Shown here piece by piece: positions 8,417 through 16,500 of a DNA stretch of 20,000 nt (positions are counted from its first letter, which is position 1; each line of letters begins with the position of its first letter). The DNA comes from an uncultured virus (IMG/VR IMGVR_UViG_3300047094_001085) (taxonomy: Duplodnaviria; Heunggongvirae; Uroviricota; Caudoviricetes), in the IMG/VR virus record IMGVR_UViG_3300047094_001085. One strand, 5' to 3'. The position numbers were made by a program, and so were the translations under genes. The notes beneath the pieces were generated by a model that saw nothing but the letters and a program-made list of their open reading frames with translations, did not search any database and had not been told where the DNA came from.

Positions 8417-9097
8417 TTATTTTTTAATTAAACTTTGAGATTGTTGGATTAGTTCTGAAACTTTTGGTCTTAAATCATTTTTTTCTTGATTGGATAAATT
8501 TCTACGAATTTTATCTTCAATACCAGCATATATTCTTTTATATGATTCTGCGGCTTTAGATAAATCAACACCTTCTAATGAATCGGCACCATCTTTCTCA
8601 ATAATATCATTAATCATATCATTAACTGTGGTGATAATTACATCATCAATTACATCATTAACTTCAACTTCAGTTTCTGGTGTAGTTGGTTCAGGTTCTT
8701 GTTGTGGTGTGACTTGAGAAAAATCAGCATTAATAATAACACGATTCATACTTTTATCACCATTTGGATTGTAGTTTGGTTTTGGTTCGTTAAATGTCTC
8801 ACCTGTTGGTTTAAAAGAGAATATTTTGTCCGCTCTGAAAAGCCTCCATCCCGGTAAAGGTTGTTCACCTAAATACGCGGTGTGTGATGCTCCTTGAGAG
8901 TCCCACGCTCTTACAACAGGATTATCCGCTTTTGAATAACCAAAACAAACCGGTTCAATTAAACGTAATCCACGTCCACCTGGTTCATCCCCATCATAGT
9001 AAATTATAATCTTATCTCGTTTTTTTATAGCGTCGACTATAGAGTCAACTGACGCTATTTCTAAAATAAGTGATTTAAATGTGTTGTAAAGTTTCAT
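8417..9097 (-). CDS. WYL-like domain protein lacking an HTH, with an acidic linker and helical C-terminus
   Basis: AIKKRDKIIIYY...RLIEPVCFG...VRAWD...WRLFRADKI fits the WYL consensus (I.Y...R.V.P......Y+.A.....R.FR+DRI). Confidence 0.72.
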   Translation of the reverse strand: MKLYNTFKSLILEIASVDSIVDAIKKRDKIIIYYDGDEPGGRGLRLIEPVCFGYSKADNPVVRAWDSQGASHTAYLGEQPLPGWRLFRADKIFSFKPTGETFNEPKPNYNPNGDKSMNRVIINADFSQVTPQQEPEPTTPETEVEVNDVIDDVIITTVNDMINDIIEKDGADSLEGVDLSKAAESYKRIYAGIEDKIRRNLSNQEKNDLRPKVSELIQQSQSLIKK

Positions 9098-9390
9098 TAT
9101 GCACTTGGAGTTGTGTATGGTTTTACTTCTTTGTATTTGTTAACAACTATTTCAGATTTTCTTTCCATAATGTCTTGAATTGCACCCGCACCTTGGTTAT
9201 AAACATCTAAAAATCCACCAGTACCTTTACCTTGTTCATCACCATCGGCTAAAGCGTCAGGATTAACTGATGAGTATTGATTTGTGATTTTAAAGTCATT
9301 CTTTGGGAATAACATTTTTCTTTGCATATCCGCAATTGCTGATAATTCATTTTCAGGTTGTGCGAAATCTAAAGGTTCTAAATTTGCCAT
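9097..9390 (-). CDS. Hypothetical protein
   Basis: 97-aa ORF whose stop overlaps the next start (TAATG). Contains DALADGDEQGKGTG. Confidence 0.7.
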   Translation of the reverse strand: MANLEPLDFAQPENELSAIADMQRKMLFPKNDFKITNQYSSVNPDALADGDEQGKGTGGFLDVYNQGAGAIQDIMERKSEIVVNKYKEVKPYTTPSA

Positions 9391-9391
9391 A

Positions 9392-9862
9392 TTAAATTAT
9401 TTTTTTTATTAATTCGTTTATTCTTTTTAAACTTTCTGTAATATCTTTGTTAATATTACCGGTGGTTGAACTATGACTTTTACTTTGTCTATTCATTGTA
9501 TTTAAATTATCTTTAGTGTGAGTTTGTATAAATTGATTTGGTAAAACTTCAGATTTTGATTTCTTACCCATATATACGTTATTTCTCATTCCACCTAATG
9601 TGTCGTTAACCCAATTTTTTACATAGTGTCCACCATTCAAAATAAAAGGTAAATCGTTTTCTAAACCATTAAAGTTATCAAACCAATTTTTCATTCGTTT
9701 TAATTGTTGATAAGTGGTTTCACGACTATCTCTTAATTCTTGATTTCTTTTAAATCCTTCAATGGTTGAATCATCTGTGTTTGCAGAATCAAAGCATTGT
9801 TGTAAATATTCTACAACATCTTCAGGTAATTGAACGGTATTTCCATATAAATCCTTATTCAT
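9392..9862 (-). CDS. Hypothetical phage protein
   Basis: 156-aa ORF. G..R..EL......YQQLKRMKNWF...GG....WV resembles an uncharacterised phage family. C-terminus ITESLKRINELI. Confidence 0.7.
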   Translation of the reverse strand: MNKDLYGNTVQLPEDVVEYLQQCFDSANTDDSTIEGFKRNQELRDSRETTYQQLKRMKNWFDNFNGLENDLPFILNGGHYVKNWVNDTLGGMRNNVYMGKKSKSEVLPNQFIQTHTKDNLNTMNRQSKSHSSTTGNINKDITESLKRINELIKKII

Positions 9863-10685
9863 TAGATTTTAACGCTTTGATTAACATATTGATACTGATA
9901 CCTTCTTTATCGGCGATTTTTTTAATTGATTGAATATTTTTCAATAATATTTTACTTATTCCTTTATCTTTTACTACATCGGAATTATTTGACGATTTTT
10001 TGGTTAACATATCCTCAACCATTTTAATCATTTTTTTTCTTTGTTGTTCTTCAATACTATCTTTTTCAGACAATCTTTGTTTTAATTCACCATCTTCTCT
10101 TTTTTGTTTTGGTAATTTACCAAATTGTTTAGCTCTTTCAATCGCATTCTCAACACCCATTTCTTTAAGTGTTTTAACCGTATCTTTAAAATCCATATCT
10201 TTGGTTTCTTCATACCCAAATGCTTCAGAATAGTCAACCTCATTAATGACTTCATCAGAACCTTCTTCACTTTCACCATAATAAACTCTATAACCTCTAG
10301 TAAGTGGGTCGTTTGTAATTCTCGCCATAGCCACGGTCTGGTCCATAGTTTTATGAGGTGTTAAGGTTTGGTTAAGATATGGTATTTTTGAACTTAACAT
10401 AGTTCCGTCAGAATCAACTAATTCGTCAATTTCTTTTTTAGGTTTAATACTTTTTAACTTTTTGGTTAACGCGTTTTTAGAAACTTTTGTTTTAGATTTT
10501 AAAACATTCCCAACAATATTTTTAACTTTTTTAGAATCTTTTTTATCGAAGTCAATTCTCTCATCATTCTTTCGAGATTCAGTTAAAGTATCCGCAATAG
10601 AATAATATAAGGAGATTTTGTCCGCTCTCTCTTTCAAAAAGAAGTAATAATTATTACTATAGTACTCTGTATTAAAATTTATCAT
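9855..10685 (-). CDS. Hypothetical K/E-rich protein
   Basis: 276-aa ORF, first gene of the leftward unit, overlapping the next gene by 8 nt. Confidence 0.75.
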   Translation of the reverse strand: MINFNTEYYSNNYYFFLKERADKISLYYSIADTLTESRKNDERIDFDKKDSKKVKNIVGNVLKSKTKVSKNALTKKLKSIKPKKEIDELVDSDGTMLSSKIPYLNQTLTPHKTMDQTVAMARITNDPLTRGYRVYYGESEEGSDEVINEVDYSEAFGYEETKDMDFKDTVKTLKEMGVENAIERAKQFGKLPKQKREDGELKQRLSEKDSIEEQQRKKMIKMVEDMLTKKSSNNSDVVKDKGISKILLKNIQSIKKIADKEGISINMLIKALKSNE

Positions 10686-10697
10686 ATAACTTTTTCA

Positions 10698-10725
10698 TAT
10701 AAATACTTCGTTTTAATGTATTTAT
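10698..10725. promoter_or_regulatory. Back-to-back GTATTTAT motifs in a 50-bp divergent intergenic region (candidate late promoters)
   Basis: TATAAATAC at 10698-10706 (GTATTTATA on the minus strand) and GTATTTAT at 10718-10725 (+). Each lies 10-12 nt from a start codon. Confidence 0.55.
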
Positions 10726-10735
10726 CATAAAAAAG

Positions 10736-13027
10736 ATGGCACAACAAAATATAAATCAATACGTCTATCCAAATTGGGGTCTAAATTTTGCTTTAGAATC
10801 CTACGATATGTCTTTAACATCCGATGAGAGGGGATACAATGAAGAGGTTGTATTTTCCCCATATTTGATTGCTCAGACCTATGGTAATAGATTACCATTT
10901 TATTTTGACATTAATAATCCATTAAGTGTTCAAGATTTAACATTAACATATAAGGACTACAATCGAAATAATATTTTTGTTTCTCAAAATTTTTACAATC
11001 CTAATGAATTAGATATCACATGTTTTAAATCACATACTTCTTGTGATATTGGATTAACGGGTATTGATAATGGTTTGGTTACTAAAATGACCGGAGAAAC
11101 AATTACATTCACTGAAGGATTATTTTCTGATGACTTAAAATTCAACAGGATGTATTTTGATAGAAGATTAAAATTATTCCAAGTAACCGGAAACACTCAA
11201 TCTCCTAATGTTAGATTTTCAGGGTTTAATAAAACGGTTTTATATGAAGTTGTAAGTAAATATAGTCCTTATGAAGGTAGATACCACGAATTATATGGTG
11301 GATTCTATCAAGGGTTCTATAAATTATTTGGATATGATTACGAAATATTCCCTGAAAGAATGAATAGAGGGTGGTCTGTTGAAATGTTGTTAAAACCAAG
11401 ATTATCTAATGAATATATTCCAACATCGGGAGAAACAACATTAAATAAAATTTACCCACAAAATAAAAACATATTTTTTTATTTAGGGGCAAGAGCGGAA
11501 AATAAATTTTATCATTATGCTAATGGAACACCAAATTGTTTTACGGGGTATACTCGTGTAACATCTGATTTATACAATTGTATTCAAACTTGTGCTTGTT
11601 GTAATAGAACGGTAACGGATAGTAGATGTATCTATGTTTATCCTCCGAGGTCATTATATGGTATTCACGACCCACACGTTAATTATGGATGTCACGAATG
11701 TCGTGGTATTCCTGAACAAAAAATAACTTGTGGTTGTAATTGTAATTTAGACCCGTGTGAATCTTGTGGATGGGAATGTCAGACACATACTTGTGCGTCA
11801 ATTATTGAACCAACTCCAACACCTACACCAACACCGACCTCAACACCGACAAATTGTGTTCCGACTACACCAACGTGTACGGAAACTTGTAGTGATTGTA
11901 ATCCTTGTTATGATTTTGGTAATTGTGAAACTTGTGTACCTACGGGATATTCATCAATAGAATATACGTGTGAAACAAATCCATTGTTTGATGCTATGTC
12001 TAACGCATTATCGTTTAAATTATGTGGTGACCCTAAAAACCCTCAAATAGGTGTTAAGGTTTTAAGATTTACCGGTGGTTGTGAAACTAGTGGAACTTGT
12101 TCGACTAGTGGATTAACTTATACAACAGGATATACGGTTACAGAATATTGTTCGCCTGGTGGAATTTATCCAACTTGTTACACAGAAAACCCTGCGTGGT
12201 TAGATGAGGAACATTGGTTTCAATTAGACGCTGTATGGGAAAGATACACTTGGCTTGATGATTGTGATTTATGGTATAGAGGTGGATTGGGTATTATTAC
12301 TCAAGAACAATATTTAGAATCATTAGCTCATAACTCGGTATCATTAATTACCATACCATATACCTCACAATTAAACATCGACCCAGCAAAAATTGAATTG
12401 GTTAATTTAAATGCAAGATGGTTAGAGGAAGAAAAATACAGAAGAGGAAGATTAAAAATTTATATTAATGGTAAAATATTTTATACCATAGAAGATTTTC
12501 AAGAGATAATACCAAGAGCGTTAAGTACTGATAAGGAAAAACAAGTTGGTGTTCCTTTTAATATATCATGGGGTGGCGGAACTCAAGGTTTACGAGAAAA
12601 TTTAACATTCTCATCTTGTACATTACCTAATGGACCATATCAACAAGACCCTGAATGTTTCCCTGTTAATGATTTGACAGGAACAACATTTAATGGTATG
12701 AACACAAATATTGTTATTGAACAAAATTTTGCGGGAACATTTGAAGGAGGAATCTCTCAATTTAGAATGTATGTAACGCCATTATCGGCTCCGGAAGTTA
12801 AACACAATTTTAATATATTGAAAAATACATTTAGAATGTTTAATCCTGATTGTCCTGATTGTAGTACGGAAATTTGTCCTCCGGATGATTTTACCTACAC
12901 AATAGGTGATATCTCAACTACAACAACAACAACTATTCCTGTAACGACTACAACAACAACTATTCCGATAACGACCACAACTACAACAATACCTGTAACA
13001 ACAACGACAACAACAATAATACAATAA
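10736..13027 (+). CDS. Putative virion structural protein: LamG/concanavalin-like beta-sandwich interrupted by a Cys-rich, PT-containing insert, with a Thr-rich tail
   Basis: LamG-like segments GWSVEMLLKP, WFQLDAVW, GRLKIYINGK, ISWGGG and FEGGISQFRMYVTPLSAPEVKHNF. About 28 Cys are encoded in 11537-12178. Confidence 0.65.
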   Translation: MAQQNINQYVYPNWGLNFALESYDMSLTSDERGYNEEVVFSPYLIAQTYGNRLPFYFDINNPLSVQDLTLTYKDYNRNNIFVSQNFYNPNELDITCFKSHTSCDIGLTGIDNGLVTKMTGETITFTEGLFSDDLKFNRMYFDRRLKLFQVTGNTQSPNVRFSGFNKTVLYEVVSKYSPYEGRYHELYGGFYQGFYKLFGYDYEIFPERMNRGWSVEMLLKPRLSNEYIPTSGETTLNKIYPQNKNIFFYLGARAENKFYHYANGTPNCFTGYTRVTSDLYNCIQTCACCNRTVTDSRCIYVYPPRSLYGIHDPHVNYGCHECRGIPEQKITCGCNCNLDPCESCGWECQTHTCASIIEPTPTPTPTPTSTPTNCVPTTPTCTETCSDCNPCYDFGNCETCVPTGYSSIEYTCETNPLFDAMSNALSFKLCGDPKNPQIGVKVLRFTGGCETSGTCSTSGLTYTTGYTVTEYCSPGGIYPTCYTENPAWLDEEHWFQLDAVWERYTWLDDCDLWYRGGLGIITQEQYLESLAHNSVSLITIPYTSQLNIDPAKIELVNLNARWLEEEKYRRGRLKIYINGKIFYTIEDFQEIIPRALSTDKEKQVGVPFNISWGGGTQGLRENLTFSSCTLPNGPYQQDPECFPVNDLTGTTFNGMNTNIVIEQNFAGTFEGGISQFRMYVTPLSAPEVKHNFNILKNTFRMFNPDCPDCSTEICPPDDFTYTIGDISTTTTTTIPVTTTTTTIPITTTTTTIPVTTTTTTIIQ
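12917..13024 (+). repeat. Coding 27-bp repeat x4 encoding TTTTTTI(P/I)(V/I/Q)
   Basis: Translates as TTTTTTIPV TTTTTTIPI TTTTTTIPV TTTTTTIIQ, with synonymous variation between units. Confidence 0.9.
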
Positions 13028-13037
13028 GTAAATTAAT

Positions 13038-13463
13038 ATGTCACAGTCAATAATAATTAGAAGTATAAATTACGATGGGGAGATTGCCAATATAATCTTT
13101 ACACCTGACGTTGATAATGTAGTAATTAATTTGGGACAACAAACATTGCCGTTTTTGTTTAGACCTTATTTATTAACACCACCAAGAGATGTTTATGGGG
13201 TGTATACAATTATAGTTATGTTTAATGGTGTCGAATGTCCTAACATTTTAAATGTTCCAAGACCAACCCCAACTCCAACACCAACACCAACTAAAACAAG
13301 TACTCCAACACCAACAGTTACACCAACGGTTACACCAACACCAACATTTGACCCATGTAAAGTTCCGACACCAACTCCAACACCAACAAAAACATCAACA
13401 CCAACACCGACTCGAACACCCACACCAACACCGAGTTGTACCAACCCTTGTGGTTGTTCATAA
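13038..13463 (+). CDS. Small PT-repeat protein (beta-rich N-domain, (PT)n stalk, Cys-containing C-terminus)
   Basis: 141 aa with two PT tracts split by FDPCKV, ending SCTNPCGCS and followed by a terminator. Confidence 0.8.
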   Translation: MSQSIIIRSINYDGEIANIIFTPDVDNVVINLGQQTLPFLFRPYLLTPPRDVYGVYTIIVMFNGVECPNILNVPRPTPTPTPTPTKTSTPTPTVTPTVTPTPTFDPCKVPTPTPTPTKTSTPTPTRTPTPTPSCTNPCGCS

Positions 13464-13470
13464 TAATATT

Positions 13471-13500
13471 AAATCCTCCAATAAAATGGGGGATTTTTTT
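13471..13500 (+). terminator. Rho-independent terminator
   Basis: AAATCCTCCA-ATAAAA-TGGGGGATTT followed by a T run, 7 nt after the stop at 13463. Confidence 0.8.
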
Positions 13501-13558
13501 GTTATATAAGAAAAAAAAATATTGTTTTTAATATTGGTGAGGCAAATACTAATTTCAT

Positions 13559-13578
13559 AAGTATTTATAGGATAAATA
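13559..13578 (+). promoter_or_regulatory. AAGTATTTATA motif upstream of the giant ORF (candidate late promoter)
   Basis: The same 11-mer occurs on the minus strand at 10708-10698. Here it is followed by an inverted ATAAATA (13572-13578). Confidence 0.5.
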
Positions 13579-13593
13579 AGTTTATACATATAG

Positions 13594-16500
13594 ATGGCAA
13601 ATATACCTATTTCACAGTTACCTCAAGCGTTTTCGGCATACCCGGAATCATTGTTAGTTATAGTAAACTATGACCTGGTACCTACAGGACAAACAAATTA
13701 CATATATTATTCAGCATTAACCGCACAATTTAGTTCGGGTACATCGGGTACTTCCGGTACATCAGGTACAAGTGGAAAAAGTTTCATTTGGAAAGGTACT
13801 TGGTCGCCTTCAATTAATTATGATGATGGAGACGTTGTTTATTATAATGGTAGTTCATATCTTGCAACAACAACAATACCTTCAGGTGGAGGTGCTCCGG
13901 ACACTAATTTTAATTGGGGTTTGATTGCTCAAGCAGGAACAAGTGGAACTTCGGGTTCAAGTGGAATAGATGGTACGTCAGGTACAAGTGGAATAGATGG
14001 TACATCAGGAACTAGTGGAACAGATGGTACATCAGGTTCAAGTGGTTCATCAGGAATAAGTGGTTCATCAGGTACATCCGGTTCATCAGGTACATCCGGT
14101 TCATCAGGTATTGATGGGACTTCAGGGACTAGCGGAACAGGTGGGTCTTCAGGAACATCAGGTTCTAGCGGAACATCAGGTTTAAGTGGGACTAGCGGTT
14201 CTTCAGGGACTAGTGGTTCTTCAGGAACTAGTGGTTCTTCAGGTATAAATGGAACATCCGGTACGAGTGGTTCATCGGGTATAAACGGTACTTCAGGTTC
14301 AAGTGGTTCAAGTGGAACAAATGGTACTTCAGGTTCTTCAGGGGCAAGTGGTTCTTCAGGAACGTCAGGGTCTTCAGGAACATCAGGTTCTTCAGGTATA
14401 GACGGAACAAGTGGTTCGTCAGGAACTTCGGGTTCGTCAGGAACAAGTGGTTCGTCAGGAACTTCAGGGTCTAGTGGTATAGATGGAACTAGTGGAACAT
14501 CAGGTTCTTCAGGGACTTCGGGTATAGACGGAACAAGTGGTTCATCAGGAACATCAGGGTCTTCAGGTACAAGCGGAACCAGTGGTTCGTCAGGAACATC
14601 AGGGTCTTCGGGTATAGACGGAACAAGTGGTTCATCAGGAACATCAGGGTCTTCAGGTACAAGCGGAACCAGTGGTTCGTCAGGGACATCAGGTTCATCA
14701 GGAACATCAGGTTCAAGCGGTGTAGATGGAACAAGTGGTTCATCAGGAACATCGGGTTCATCAGGAACTAGTGGTGTTGATGGTACATCAGGTTCTTCAG
14801 GGACATCAGGAACATCAGGTTCTTCGGGAACATCAGGTTCGAGTGGGACAAGTGGTTCTTCGGGGGTTAATGGAACTTCTGGGACTTCAGGTTCTTCAGG
14901 AACGTCAGGGTCATCAGGAACTTCAGGTTTAAGCGGTGTTGATGGAACAAGTGGTTCTTCAGGGACATCAGGTTCAAGTGGAACATCAGGGTCTAGCGGT
15001 ATTGATGGCACTTCAGGCTCAAGCGGTATAGATGGAACTTCAGGAACGTCAGGTTCTTCGGGTTCAAGTGGAACAAGTGGTTCTTCAGGAACATCAGGTT
15101 CATCAGGAACTTCAGGAACGTCAGGTTCTTCGGGTTCAAGTGGAATAGATGGTACTTCAGGTTCAAGTGGAACAAGCGGTTCTTCGGGTACTTCAGGTTC
15201 AAGTGGAACTTCAGGTACAAGCGGCTCAAGTGGAACTTCAGGGTCTTCAGGAACTTCAGGTTCAAGTGGAACTTCAGGGTCTTCAGGAACTAGCGGAATA
15301 GATGGAACTTCAGGTTCATCAGGAACTAGTGGAACTTCGGGTTCTTCAGGAACATCAGGTTCAAGCGGAATAGATGGTACTTCGGGTTCAAGTGGAACAA
15401 GCGGTTCTTCGGGAACATCAGGTTCAAGCGGTGTAGATGGAACTTCAGGTTCTTCAGGAACATCAGGTTCAAGTGGAACATCAGGTTCAAGTGGAACAAG
15501 TGGTTCAAGTGGAACAAGTGGTTCTTCAGGAACTAGCGGTATAGATGGAACAAGTGGTTCATCAGGGACTTCAGGTTCTAGCGGAACAAGTGGTTCATCA
15601 GGAACTTCAGGCTCTTCAGGAACTTCAGGTACAAGCGGCTCAAGTGGAACTTCAGGTTCAAGTGGTTCATCAGGAACTTCTGGTTCAAGCGGTGTAGATG
15701 GGACTTCAGGTTCTTCAGGGACAAGCGGTTCTTCAGGGACTTCAGGGTCTTCAGGAACAAGTGGTACATCAGGGAGTAGTGGTGAAAGTGGGATTTCCGC
15801 AGGACAAGTATACTACTTCAATGAATCACAAAATTCAGATGTTTCAGGATATAAAGTTTTAGCGACAGACCCATCAGGTGCTGCACAACAAACGGTTACA
15901 ACAAATTTAACAGGAAGTCAACAAAATGTGATGGTTTCCGATTACATAACACCACAATTAGGTTTTGCCGTAATTCCGGGTGGTGTACAAAGATTTCATT
16001 TACATTACTTAAAACCGGCGAGTAATGACGATATTGATGCTTATGTTGAAATACAATTAGCTAATTCAACGGGTACCGCTATAGGACCAACAATAACATC
16101 TAATGTTGCGTTAATTGGTTGGGTTAGTGCCGTAATACCGGTCGAAGTTAATGTCGATATTGTATTACCAACAACAACTATAGACCCAACAAACAGAATG
16201 ATTGTTAGGTTATATCTTAGTAATAATGATTCAACAGCGCATTCAGTTGTTTATTATACTGAAGGTAATTCATATTACTCATTTGTATTAACATCAGTTG
16301 GTGCGATTGCGGGCACAAGTGGTACTTCAGGGTCTTCAGGAACTTCAGGTTCATCAGGAACTTCAGGTACAAGCGGCTCAAGTGGAACATCAGGTTCAAG
16401 TGGTATTGATGGAACAAGTGGTTCGTCAGGAACATCAGGGTCAAGTGGAACTTCAGGTTCTTCAGGTATAGATGGAACAAGTGGTTCGTCAGGAACTTCA

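Noticed and set aside
619..11960. Short overlapping ORFs (619, 1741, 4684, 4709, 5265, 5817, 8490, 10000, 10082, 10125, 10993, 11757)
   Set aside because: They overlap longer, well-supported genes, antisense or off-frame, and have no motifs of their own.
13193..13509. (VG)n minus-strand ORF and (HQ)n plus-strand ORF
   Set aside because: Shadows of the PT-repeat gene 13038..13463.
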